Assembly: GCA_043805995.1 (NCBI GenBank)
Contig: JAZDHJ010000064.1
Span: forward strand, 1 to 38,735
Source: Candidatus Uhrbacteria bacterium
GTDB lineage: Bacteria > Patescibacteriota > Patescibacteriia > UBA9934 > GWF2-40-263
Length of the DNA stretch: 38,735 nt
Direction of reading: 5' to 3'
In this document: positions 17,813 through 27,442 of the stretch, piece after piece
Layout of the letters: every line of letters begins with the position of its first letter
Position numbering within the stretch: position 1 is the stretch's first letter
The notes under the pieces: generated by a model
Told to the model about the DNA's origin: nothing
Databases searched by the model: none
The model's input: the letters and a program-made list of their open reading frames with translations, nothing else
Position numbers and translations under genes: made by a program

Positions 17813-19144
17813 TTAAACCCCCACCAAATTTCTCACTGCCCCAACAATTCGTCCGCCAAACTTCGCCAAATCTCGATAAGTGACAAAAGCTACTAAGAGC
17901 AGCAAAATGGCAAAACCTAAATTGTGCATCAAAATTTCCATTTTTTCATTAATCGCTCGACCACGAATTTTTTCAACGATCAAAAACAGAATTCGTCCAC
18001 CGTCGAGAGCTGGGAATGGCAAAATGTTTACTACAGCCAAGTTGATCGAAAGAATGGCGGCGAATTGCAATAAATAGACGAAGCCAAGACCGGCCGCTTC
18101 ACCGGTCATGACAGCAATACCAACCGGACCAGCCAAATCCATGGCGACTGATTGATGAACGACTAAGTTCCAAAGGAGATTGCCAAAAGCCTTAAGAACT
18201 TCCCAAGTGAAAACAAACGTTGCCTCAAAACCTTTGAAGACTGCCAAATACCAAGGATAGGAAACCAGAGCGGTTTTAACCAAACCGACACCGATAGCTT
18301 TTTCATTATAAGTTGGCAGCAGCTCGGCCGTGGCTGAAGCGGTAATCGAATCATCGCCGCGTTTCAATAAAAATTTAACCTCATTACCTGCCTGGCTTTT
18401 AATATAATCTCTGGCCTCGGTTGAGGAGGTGAAAACCTTATCATCGATGGAAAGAATCTCATCGGCCGATTCAATACCGGCTCGAGCCGCCGGACTTTCC
18501 GGGGCCACGCTCATAACCTGAATTTTTTCATCAGTCAAACGAGCACTGGTCGAGACGCTTTCATCAACCACCGTTGGCAAACCTAAGGCGAAACCGACTG
18601 AAAGGAGAGCCACAGCAAAAAGAAAATTCATGACCACGCCGGCGATCAAAACAATAAACCGTTGCCAGATTGGCCGATTGGAAAAACTTGTTGAGTCCTC
18701 TTTTTCCTCGCCCGATTCGCCATGAATTTTTACAAACCCGCCAACCGGAATCCAATTGATGGAATAAATGGTTTGATCTGGATGTTCTTCCCTGCTTCCC
18801 CAAACAAACCGCCAACGAGAAACTTGGCGAACCTCCACTGTGTCTTGAATGACATCGGTAATGGTTTCTTTGAGCACTTCATCCCCTCGAAGACCCTGAG
18901 CGGAGTCCAACGAAGTCGAAGGGCTCACAATCACTTCGTCCTCCACCAAAATCTCTTCCTTTTCTTTTATAAGTTTTTTCTCTTCAAATTTTTCCTTAAA
19001 AAAACCAAAAGCCCGCGGTGGAAAGCCAAAACCAAATTCGTCGACTTTCATGCCAAGTTTTTTGGCTGTGGCAAAATGACCGAGTTCGTGAACAAAAACC
19101 AGGAGTGAGAGAACTAAAAGGAAAAGGAGTATAGTTAGAAACAT
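17813..19144 (-). CDS. rseP: RIP metalloprotease RseP (site-2 protease, one PDZ domain)
   Basis: HELGH, EFGFGFPP, IPVGGFVKI.GE, AGVVMN, PDZ, GPVGI, NILPFPALDGG. Start taken as MFLTILL at 19144. Confidence 0.95.
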   Translation of the reverse strand: MFLTILLFLLVLSLLVFVHELGHFATAKKLGMKVDEFGFGFPPRAFGFFKEKFEEKKLIKEKEEILVEDEVIVSPSTSLDSAQGLRGDEVLKETITDVIQDTVEVRQVSRWRFVWGSREEHPDQTIYSINWIPVGGFVKIHGESGEEKEDSTSFSNRPIWQRFIVLIAGVVMNFLFAVALLSVGFALGLPTVVDESVSTSARLTDEKIQVMSVAPESPAARAGIESADEILSIDDKVFTSSTEARDYIKSQAGNEVKFLLKRGDDSITASATAELLPTYNEKAIGVGLVKTALVSYPWYLAVFKGFEATFVFTWEVLKAFGNLLWNLVVHQSVAMDLAGPVGIAVMTGEAAGLGFVYLLQFAAILSINLAVVNILPFPALDGGRILFLIVEKIRGRAINEKMEILMHNLGFAILLLLVAFVTYRDLAKFGGRIVGAVRNLVGV

Positions 19145-19278
19145 AAGCCTAAAAAGCATTATTCCCTTATTTTTTAAAATGTTTTCGAAAATCGAACAAA
19201 CTTTTACCGAGCTCATTACAAATCTGAGAAAAAACATTTGGGAATAACGCTTTGATATTGTACGATAAATAAGCGTTT

Positions 19279-19776
19279 ATGAAAAGTGGCCAAAAAAAAC
19301 TAAAAATCGGTCTGATTGTCGGAAAATTTGCGCCTTTGCATAAAGGCCATCAGTTTTTGATTGAAAAAGCCTTAAAAAAAATGGATAAAGTCATTGTTTT
19401 AGTTTATCGAGCGCCAAAAAACATTAAAATCTCATTAAAAAAACGAGTTGGTTGGCTTCGAACGCTTTATCCAACAATTAAAGTTATCGAAGGCCGAAGA
19501 GCTCCAACCGAACGAGGAAAAGATCCAAGTATTGCCCAAAAAAATATCGCTTACGTTAAAAGAGTGGTTCGTGAACCGATTACCCATGTTTTCTCGAGCG
19601 AAAAATATGGCGAACTTTTGAGCCGAGCACTGGGTGCGGAAAATGTAGTGGTTGACGAGAAACGCGAACACTTCCCCGTTTCAGGAACAGCGGTTCGATT
19701 GAAACCGAAAGATTATAAAAAATTTTTGGTGCCGATGGTTTATGAAGTGATAAAAAAAACGTCAATTGATGATTGA
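19279..19776 (+). CDS. NadR-like nucleotidyltransferase (adenylyl/cytidylyltransferase family), no kinase domain
   Basis: GKFAPLHKGH, R..WL..LYP, THVFSSE.YG..L...LGA....VD..R...PVSGT.VR. Confidence 0.85.
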   Translation: MKSGQKKLKIGLIVGKFAPLHKGHQFLIEKALKKMDKVIVLVYRAPKNIKISLKKRVGWLRTLYPTIKVIEGRRAPTERGKDPSIAQKNIAYVKRVVREPITHVFSSEKYGELLSRALGAENVVVDEKREHFPVSGTAVRLKPKDYKKFLVPMVYEVIKKTSIDD

Positions 19777-19802
19777 CGATTTTTTCTCTGACAAAACTGA
19801 CC

Positions 19803-21995
19803 TTAAGGTGTTCTTTGAAATTCCCATAATATTTCTAAACCCAACTGCTGACAGTTCGAATATATTTCCAGATCAATCGCTGCCTTAAACTTTGGTGTCA
19901 TCTCACCGGAATAATTGATAATCGCCCTGGCAACCGTAGTGGCTTCTTGATAATTAGCCCCGCAAAAATAACATTTAATCACCGCATCTGTGCCCGATTT
20001 CCTAATCTCTACAAATTTATCGTTAAAACGAAAATAAGTACCATCTCCGACAAAATAGACATTTTCTAATTTACTAAAATCAACTTCAGGTAAAGCCTCA
20101 ACCAAAATTTCCTTAGCTGTTAGCAAATCAATCTTCCCCAATCTTATTGACAAGGCAATGCTTAAGAAAAAATTATCAATCTTATCACGGACCGCTTCGC
20201 CGGCCGTCTTTTCTTGTTTCAACATTTCTGGATTGGGATTACAGTCATTATATAATTTTCTTTCAATGCGTAAATCAAAAAACCATTTAATATCAAACTT
20301 ATCAAGCGTCTCCTTAAAATACTCAGATAAAAACTTTTTCTCTTTAAATAAATAAGCGGCCATAATAGTGGCGATCACCGAAGCTTCGGCTGCGCTCTTT
20401 TCTCGCATTGACAAGGCTGTTCGGCCCGCGGCACTTTTAATTAATTCCTCCGGCCCGATGATCATTCCGCCACTCTCCTCGCCGGCAAAAACTAATCGAG
20501 GGTTTTTCCCCAAATCAATCAAATTTCCATAAATATCATGAATTTCCACATTTTTATCAGGACTTTCAGTCATTTGTTCTTCCACTTTTTTTATAATGCT
20601 GGCGATCTCTTTAAAACCAACCGGAACGTTAATCACGGCCACTTTGTTTTTCTCTGCCCACTCCACCCAGGTGGCAGCGGAAGGCGTAGTGGTAACCAAG
20701 AACCTGGGATGATTGTTCCATAAACCAGTCTCTTTCAGTTGCTGAGTGTAATAATTTAAAATTAAAAGAAAAGACTGATTGGGTGAATAACGGACAAAAA
20801 TTTTTTCCTCGTTTATAACAAAGTAGCTGATACCTAATTTTTCCAAAATTGATTTTCGACTAACGGTTTCCACCTGGCCAATCACTAATCGATCGCCGTC
20901 CGGATCAGTCATTAACACTGCATAACCCGGTTCTTTATCGGCCAATAATTTTTCATATCCTAATGTCAATATCACTTCATCGATTGTAACATCGCAGCCC
21001 CAATCAAAAAATTCCACCTTCTTTTTAATTGGATTAAACATGGTTTTACCGACACCGTGAAAAAACGGATCCTCCTCGGTATTATTAAAATCAAAAGCTT
21101 GGTAAATTTCCAAATGTTCAAATAAATCTTTCATGATATTAAACATGCAACCGCCAACAGTTTCTAGCATCAGTTTAAATCCTTGATTTATTTGTTTTTT
21201 AACCAAAACCAAACCTTGAGGAGTGGCCACACCGTTTTTTAAATATTTCAAATATAATTTATAGCCGTCTTCAGCGGGCACAATCAATGGCGAATCAATG
21301 GCCTCTAATTCAATATCAAAGCCTTCGGTTTCTGCTTGAATTAAAATCTGTTCAATTTTTTTAACAAATTTTGCTGACATCTCGGGCACAAACTGACTGC
21401 CTTGATTATCTAAATCTTTCGTGGCGATTTTAGAACTTATAGCATGACTGCTGGTCACATACTCACCGCCGTCATAATCAAGCATAAAAATTAAAAAAGA
21501 GGTCATCCAAATTGAAGTTCTTTGTTGATTGGTTGGTGTGTGAGTAATTATACCTTGAGCCGCTTGAATCCGGCTGATAATTTCCATATAAGTACCGGTG
21601 TTATATCTTACCTCGCCGGAACACATTTTATGGATAATTTTATTTGGCAGTTCTTCTTTAAGCACCATGGCCTTACCTATAGTAGCCAAAGCTACTCCCA
21701 ACTGGTTCAAAGGAAACCTAGCATCCCAAGGATAACTAATGTTTTGCGCCCCCCGGATACCACCGGTGGAGACCACGGCCTCGTGTTGATAAACTTTAAA
21801 CCATTCCCACAAATGCCACTCCGCCACTCTAGCTTTGTTCAAATGAATTTTAAAGGCTTTTTTATTAGTTAGATCAAAAATAAAATTATCTTTAACTTCC
21901 GGCGGTGTGCTATCTTCAATTCGTTGGAAATATTCTTTTTTTAATGCTTCAACTACCTGTCCTCGGGCATCCTCAGTTTTTGTTATCTTAGACAT
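19803..21995 (-). CDS. Alpha-D-phosphohexomutase (phosphoglucomutase/phosphomannomutase family)
   Basis: STGGIRG, catalytic TSSH, metal loop DPDGDR, PVGFK, GEESGG, IRKSGT. Confidence 0.88.
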   Translation of the reverse strand: MSKITKTEDARGQVVEALKKEYFQRIEDSTPPEVKDNFIFDLTNKKAFKIHLNKARVAEWHLWEWFKVYQHEAVVSTGGIRGAQNISYPWDARFPLNQLGVALATIGKAMVLKEELPNKIIHKMCSGEVRYNTGTYMEIISRIQAAQGIITHTPTNQQRTSIWMTSFLIFMLDYDGGEYVTSSHAISSKIATKDLDNQGSQFVPEMSAKFVKKIEQILIQAETEGFDIELEAIDSPLIVPAEDGYKLYLKYLKNGVATPQGLVLVKKQINQGFKLMLETVGGCMFNIMKDLFEHLEIYQAFDFNNTEEDPFFHGVGKTMFNPIKKKVEFFDWGCDVTIDEVILTLGYEKLLADKEPGYAVLMTDPDGDRLVIGQVETVSRKSILEKLGISYFVINEEKIFVRYSPNQSFLLILNYYTQQLKETGLWNNHPRFLVTTTPSAATWVEWAEKNKVAVINVPVGFKEIASIIKKVEEQMTESPDKNVEIHDIYGNLIDLGKNPRLVFAGEESGGMIIGPEELIKSAAGRTALSMREKSAAEASVIATIMAAYLFKEKKFLSEYFKETLDKFDIKWFFDLRIERKLYNDCNPNPEMLKQEKTAGEAVRDKIDNFFLSIALSIRLGKIDLLTAKEILVEALPEVDFSKLENVYFVGDGTYFRFNDKFVEIRKSGTDAVIKCYFCGANYQEATTVARAIINYSGEMTPKFKAAIDLEIYSNCQQLGLEILWEFQRTP

Positions 21996-22035
21996 AGTTT
22001 TTACTTCAAACCAGATTAATTAATTTAACATCTGA

Positions 22036-22064
22036 TTGACTTAATGATTAAAAACCCCTAAAAT
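22036..22064 (+). promoter_or_regulatory. Sigma70-type promoter for lemA-htpX
   Basis: TTGACT-17 nt-TAAAAT. Confidence 0.65.
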
Positions 22065-22110
22065 TGACGTAAATAGATTATACTAAAAATCTTTTAAAAA
22101 ACCCACCTCT

Positions 22111-22662
22111 ATGCCTATTTTTTTCATCCTGCCTGGCGTTTTATTACTAGTCGCCATTTGGTTCATTTTCGTCTACAACGGTCTTATTGGCCTAAGAAAC
22201 CGGGTCGAAGAAGCTTGGTCTGATATCGAAGTTCAACTCAAACGTCGTTACGATCTTATCCCCAACTTGGTGGAAACTGTCAAAGGTTACGCCAGACATG
22301 AGGATAGCGTCTTTACCAAAGTTACCGAAGCTCGGACAGCCGCTATGGGTGCGAAAACCATGACCGAACACGCCGAAGCTGAAAACATGCTTTCCCAAAC
22401 CTTAAAATCTCTTTTTGCGGTTTCAGAAAACTACCCACAACTCCAAGCCTCCACCAACTTTCTTGATCTACAAAACAACCTAACTGATTCCGAAGACAAA
22501 ATCCAAGCCGCTCGCAGGTTTTACAACGGCAACGTCCGCGACTTCAACACCAAACTCCAAGTCTTCCCAACCAACCTAGTCGCCAACATGCTCGGCTTCA
22601 CCAAACGCGAATTTTACGATGCCCCAGATGTGGTTAACGAAGCGCCGGTGGTTAAGTTTTAA
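22111..22662 (+). CDS. lemA: LemA family protein
   Basis: TM helix, YN.L..LRN.VEEAWSDIEVQLKRRYDLIPNLVETVKGY, ENYPQL.AS.NF, ARRFYN. Confidence 0.96.
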   Translation: MPIFFILPGVLLLVAIWFIFVYNGLIGLRNRVEEAWSDIEVQLKRRYDLIPNLVETVKGYARHEDSVFTKVTEARTAAMGAKTMTEHAEAENMLSQTLKSLFAVSENYPQLQASTNFLDLQNNLTDSEDKIQAARRFYNGNVRDFNTKLQVFPTNLVANMLGFTKREFYDAPDVVNEAPVVKF

Positions 22663-22670
22663 TGGCGGTG

Positions 22671-22921
22671 GTTGGAATCGAGGGGATAGGGGAAAGGGGA
22701 TAGGGATGGTAGCTCGATTGTTTTATTTGTCTTGAACTCTGATTTCACTGATTTAATGATTAAAATGATGATTGTTTTTAATTGATTATTTTTTCAGCCA
22801 ACCCAAATCCAAATCATAGTCCATCAGTCAATCATTGAAATCACAGTTCAAGACAACCAACCCAACCAATACCTAACAATAAATTTCCTTCCCTCTCCCC
22901 TTTCCCCTATCCCCTCCAACC
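22671..22921. repeat. Nested inverted short-tandem-repeat arrays (7-mer outer, 9-mer-like inner)
   Basis: gaggggataggggaaagggga 22680-22700 pairs with tcccctttcccctatcccctc near 22896-22916; ttgtcttgaactctgatttcactgatt from 22727 pairs with aatcattgaaatcacagttcaagacaa 22830-22856. Confidence 0.8.
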
Positions 22922-22930
22922 AAAACAACT

Positions 22931-23824
22931 ATGTACAACGACATCACTGCCAACAAACGAAAAACTGTCGTACTCATTGTCATTTTTACCACCGTCATTA
23001 TTGCCGTTGGTTGGGCCTTGGGTCAGCAAATTGATAGTGCCAGCGGTGGCATTATTTTTGCAGTTATGGTGGCCACGGTTATGAACTTGGTTGGTTATTA
23101 CAAAGGTGACGCAGTGGCTCTAGCCACTTCGGGTGCCAAACAAGTGGAAAGGAAAGACAATCCCAATCTTTACAACACTGTCGAAAATTTATCTATTGCC
23201 TCCGGATTACTGGCACCAAAAGTTTTTATTATTGACGACCCTTCGCCGAATGCTTTCGCCACCGGTCGAGATCCAGCCCACGCCTCAATCGCTGTCACTT
23301 CCGGATTATTACAAACCATGAACAAAACCGAACTTGAAGGTGTCCTGGCCCACGAACTCGCCCACATAAAAAATTTCGATATTCGGGTCATGACCATTGT
23401 CGTGGTTTTAGTCGGCACGGTTATGCTGCTCTCCGATATTTTAGTTCGTTCAATGTGGTTCAAAGATCGTCGCAGCAATAATGACAACGGCCAGGCTCAA
23501 CTTGTACTTATGCTCATCGGCTTAGTCTTAGCCATCCTCTCACCTATCCTCGCCGAACTTTTAAAACTGGCCATCAGCCGCAGTCGCGAATATTTAGCCG
23601 ATGCTTCCGGTGCCCTGCTCACCCGCTATCCAGAAGGCCTAGCTTCAGCTCTGCAAAAAATCGCCGACTACGATCAACCACTAAAAAAAGCCAATCATGC
23701 CACCGCCCATTTATTTTTAGCCAATCCCTTCGACCCAAAAGTCACCAAAAAATTCGAACAATGGTTTAGCACCCATCCGCCGATTGAAGAGCGGATTGCG
23801 AGGTTGAGGAAGATGGGTAATTGA
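22931..23824 (+). CDS. htpX: Zinc metalloprotease HtpX (M48)
   Basis: PNAFATGRDP, ELEGVLAHELAH, ISRSREYLADA, FSTHPPIEERI; follows lemA. Confidence 0.96.
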   Translation: MYNDITANKRKTVVLIVIFTTVIIAVGWALGQQIDSASGGIIFAVMVATVMNLVGYYKGDAVALATSGAKQVERKDNPNLYNTVENLSIASGLLAPKVFIIDDPSPNAFATGRDPAHASIAVTSGLLQTMNKTELEGVLAHELAHIKNFDIRVMTIVVVLVGTVMLLSDILVRSMWFKDRRSNNDNGQAQLVLMLIGLVLAILSPILAELLKLAISRSREYLADASGALLTRYPEGLASALQKIADYDQPLKKANHATAHLFLANPFDPKVTKKFEQWFSTHPPIEERIARLRKMGN

Positions 23825-23825
23825 G

Positions 23826-23964
23826 CCCCCACCCCAACCCTCCCCCGCATGAGGCATGCGAAGGAGGGAGATTCAGTTTTTTAATTAATTGTGTGCGAAG
23901 TAACCCAAAAAAAGTATTCTCCCTCTCCTGTACGCCGCGTACGGGGGGAGGGCTGGGGTGGGGG
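23826..23964. repeat. Inward-facing pair of family-A REP-like palindromes (REPIN-like)
   Basis: cccccaccccaaccctcccc-cgcatg/catgcg-aaggagggaga 23826-23871 and an inverted copy 23917-23964. Confidence 0.8.
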
Positions 23965-24024
23965 AAGTAACCCAACAAGCGATTATTCGCATATTCGTAT
24001 ATTCGCCAAAATTCGCACTTCATT

Positions 24025-26508
24025 ATGCAAATAGTCGATAAATTCACTTCTCACCTTAAAAACGTTTTAACCCGCGCCTTGGTGCTGACGGTTGAGCTTG
24101 GTGATGTGGAAATTCGACCCGAACATTTACTTTTTGCTTTGTCAGTAGAAAAAGGTTCTATGGGGGCCGAGGTTTTGAATAAAAACAAAATCACTTCGGA
24201 GATGATTAAAAATTTTATCCCAGAAAAGCCATCAACCAACATCAGCAATCCTCAAAACCCAACCTTGGCCGAAAATTCCAAACGAGCCATTGAAAAAGCG
24301 GTGCTTACAGCCAGCTCACACAAACACCCTTACGTCGGCACCGAACATTTGTTAACCGGCCTTCTGGAAGCCAACGATTCAATCTTACAAAAATTCTTCT
24401 CACAAAATAAAATTGATGTTGCTATTATTAAACGCGGCCTTGATTCGGTTTTAAAAAGTGCTTCCAAATTTCCTGAATTGACAGAAATAGTACGAAACGA
24501 AAATCAATTTCCACAAATGATGGCCGATCACGATGATCCGACCGACAATTCTTTAACCTCTGAACAAAAAAATAGTAAAACGCCGGCGCTTGATTATTTT
24601 GGCCGTGATCTTACTTCACGCGAAACTCAAAAAACCATCGATCCGGTCATTGGTCGCGAAAAAGAAATTCTTCGGGTGATGGAAATTCTTTGTCGCAAGA
24701 CAAAAAATAATCCTTTGCTTTTAGGCGAACCTGGTGTCGGCAAAACTGCCATCGTTGAGGGTTTGGCTAAAAAAATCTCCGAGGGTTTGGTGCCGCCAGC
24801 CTTGCAAGGCAAGCGAATTTTTACTCTCGATCTTGGACTTTTGGTCGCCGGGGCTATTTATCGTGGCGATTTTGAAGGTCGGTTAAAAGAGATTCTTGAG
24901 GACGTGGAAAAAGATGACCGAATTATTTTATTTGTTGACGAACTGCACACCATCATCGGCGCCGGCTCAGCCTCTGGTTCCCTCGATGCGGCCAACTTGC
25001 TAAAACCATCTCTGGCTCGCGGCAGTCTTCGTTGTATTGGCGCCACCACGCCGGCTGAGTTTAAAAAACACATCGAAAACGACGCCGCCTTGGAACGTCG
25101 TTTTCAACCAGTCATGATTGAAGAACCGACACCGGCCGAAGCCCTTCAAGTCCTCCAAGGTCTAGCGGCTTCTTACGAAAAATTTCATCAAATGAAAATT
25201 CAACCGGAGGCGCTGCTCGCCGCTGTCGATTTATCGGTTCGCTTCATGCCAAATAAAAGACTCCCAGACAAAGCCATCGATTTAGTCGACGAAGCCGCTG
25301 CAGCCGTTCGAGTTCGCACGGCCACTCGTTCAACAGCCGACGAAATTAGGGTTCTAAAAATCGAACAAGAAAAACTCGAACAAGAAAAAGAAACAGCTAT
25401 TCGCAGCGAACAATATGAAAACGCCCTTGAACTCAAACAAGCAGAACAAAAACTTTTAGCTCAAGAAAAACTTTTAAAAAATATTAAAAATGCTTCCCTG
25501 CTCGGTCTCGTCACGACCAAAGATATAATTGAAGTCATGGCCAGAACCACCAACATTCCCTTTTCCCTACTCGAAGCTGATGAAAGAAAACGTCTGACGA
25601 ATCTTGAAACTGAACTAACAACCCGAGTCATTGGCCAACCAGAAGCCGTAAAACTGGTAGCCGATGCCATCAGACGAGCCAAAACCGGCATCTCTGAAGG
25701 CAACCGACCGTTGGCTGCCCTGCTCTTTTTAGGTCCTTCGGGTGTCGGTAAATCTGAACTCGCCAAGGCTTTGGCCGATGTGGTTTTTGCTGATCACAAG
25801 GCTTTGATTCGTCTCGACATGTCGGAATTTGCTGAAGGTTACGCCGTTTCCAAACTTCTTGGCTCGCCAGCTGGTTATGTCGGCTATCGCGAATCAGCCA
25901 AACTTACCGATTCAGTCAAACAGCGGCCAGCTTCAGTTGTGCTTTTTGATGAAATCGAAAAGGCTCATCCCGACGTGCAAAATTTACTCCTACAAATAAT
26001 GGAAAATGGCGAAATTACCGATGCTACTGGTCGCCCAATTTCCTTTCGTCAATCGGTCGTTATCCTCACCACCAATCATGGTTCCGAAAAACTCGAAGGC
26101 GGCGGTCTGGGTTTCGCTACAAACGAGGCTGAACGTGCTATAATGTTAGCAGAAACCCTTAGAAAAGAACTGGAAGAAAAATTCCGACCCGAGCTGATTA
26201 ATCGCCTCGACCGAATTTGTATTTTTCGACAGCTCGACGAGACTAATTATCGGGCCATTGCCGAAAAACAACTATCCGAATTAGTCGAACGTTTAAAAAA
26301 ACAAAGTATCAGTTTATCTTTTGAAAAAAATGTGTCATTCGAACTGGCCGCTCGCGCCAACCTAAGCAAACTGCGGGCTCGAGAGATCAGAAGACTTATC
26401 CAAACAGAAATCGAAACTTTATTAGCCTCGTTCATCATCTCACACCCAAAAGCTTCATCCCTTCAACTGGACAAAAAACAAACTTGGACAATCGGCAAGA
26501 AAAAATAA
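24025..26508 (+). CDS. clpC: ATP-dependent Clp protease ATP-binding subunit ClpC
   Basis: Two Clp N repeats (EHLL), GEPGVGKT and GPSGVGKS Walker A motifs, UVR-type middle domain (KETAIRSEQYENA), PAGYVGY pore loop, LGF ClpP-docking loop. Confidence 0.93.
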   Translation: MQIVDKFTSHLKNVLTRALVLTVELGDVEIRPEHLLFALSVEKGSMGAEVLNKNKITSEMIKNFIPEKPSTNISNPQNPTLAENSKRAIEKAVLTASSHKHPYVGTEHLLTGLLEANDSILQKFFSQNKIDVAIIKRGLDSVLKSASKFPELTEIVRNENQFPQMMADHDDPTDNSLTSEQKNSKTPALDYFGRDLTSRETQKTIDPVIGREKEILRVMEILCRKTKNNPLLLGEPGVGKTAIVEGLAKKISEGLVPPALQGKRIFTLDLGLLVAGAIYRGDFEGRLKEILEDVEKDDRIILFVDELHTIIGAGSASGSLDAANLLKPSLARGSLRCIGATTPAEFKKHIENDAALERRFQPVMIEEPTPAEALQVLQGLAASYEKFHQMKIQPEALLAAVDLSVRFMPNKRLPDKAIDLVDEAAAAVRVRTATRSTADEIRVLKIEQEKLEQEKETAIRSEQYENALELKQAEQKLLAQEKLLKNIKNASLLGLVTTKDIIEVMARTTNIPFSLLEADERKRLTNLETELTTRVIGQPEAVKLVADAIRRAKTGISEGNRPLAALLFLGPSGVGKSELAKALADVVFADHKALIRLDMSEFAEGYAVSKLLGSPAGYVGYRESAKLTDSVKQRPASVVLFDEIEKAHPDVQNLLLQIMENGEITDATGRPISFRQSVVILTTNHGSEKLEGGGLGFATNEAERAIMLAETLRKELEEKFRPELINRLDRICIFRQLDETNYRAIAEKQLSELVERLKKQSISLSFEKNVSFELAARANLSKLRAREIRRLIQTEIETLLASFIISHPKASSLQLDKKQTWTIGKKK

Positions 26509-26511
26509 ATT

Positions 26512-27420
26512 ATGGCTGACGGAGGATTATCAACTGAAGAAATTGGGAGGAAAAACCGGCTAGACGAAACCAACGCCCGAAACAAACGCGGTAGGCTTTC
26601 TGATTCTTTAATTTCCAGTCTAGAAGGAACTCAAAAAAAATTTGAAAGCAAAACTCGAACCAATCTAGCCCTTAGTAATTTCATGGCTCAAGAATTAGAA
26701 GAAAGAGGGATTAAACCTCGTGGCTATCTTAGCAGTCAACTTTTGGGAATGGGCAGTTCAATGATTCAAAAAAATCTCGTGGGAGACCAACAAAGTGGGT
26801 CAACTGACTCTGAACAAAAAGCCGATCAACCCTCAGACTCGCCGGAACAACCACCAAATCCAATCAAAGCCGATCAACAAGCCGATCAACAAAACGAATC
26901 AGTCAGACAAGCCCAACTTCTTGCCGGACAGCAAAAAAGCCGACTTAAAGAAAAAATTCTTGAAGAAAGTGGTGCTAATAAAGCCATGGATGAAGTCCGT
27001 AGCAAAACTCAAAAACAAGCCAAAAAGTTTCTCACAAAAATAGCCAGACGTGGGGTTGAAGAATTAGCTCAAAGTATCGGTAATGCTTTTGACGCCGGAA
27101 CAGTTGGTGTTTCGACCCTTGTCACTATTTTTATGTACGCCGTAACCTTAACCGACCTAAACGCCCAAATGGTTTGGGGACACTATATTAAACATGGTAA
27201 AAGTTTTATTTTTCCAGCCTTGGATTGGGAACCTATTCCTATGCCAAAAATTGTCGGGCCAAGAATCCTTCACGCATTATTGGTAATCGTAGATATACTG
27301 GTCATTGGGGCAATAGTTATAATATTTTCCCTAGCATTACTCCAGTTTCTTTTACCCTTTATTCTTGTGGGTGGCGGAATTTTTGCCGCCTTAAACTTTC
27401 TTGGCATTTCCGTCTTCTAA
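26512..27420 (+). CDS. Hypothetical membrane protein
   Basis: 302 aa; Q/P-rich linker, C-terminal hydrophobic helices; 3 nt after the clpC stop. Confidence 0.75.
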   Translation: MADGGLSTEEIGRKNRLDETNARNKRGRLSDSLISSLEGTQKKFESKTRTNLALSNFMAQELEERGIKPRGYLSSQLLGMGSSMIQKNLVGDQQSGSTDSEQKADQPSDSPEQPPNPIKADQQADQQNESVRQAQLLAGQQKSRLKEKILEESGANKAMDEVRSKTQKQAKKFLTKIARRGVEELAQSIGNAFDAGTVGVSTLVTIFMYAVTLTDLNAQMVWGHYIKHGKSFIFPALDWEPIPMPKIVGPRILHALLVIVDILVIGAIVIIFSLALLQFLLPFILVGGGIFAALNFLGISVF

Positions 27421-27442
27421 AACCTAAACAAAAAAACTTATT

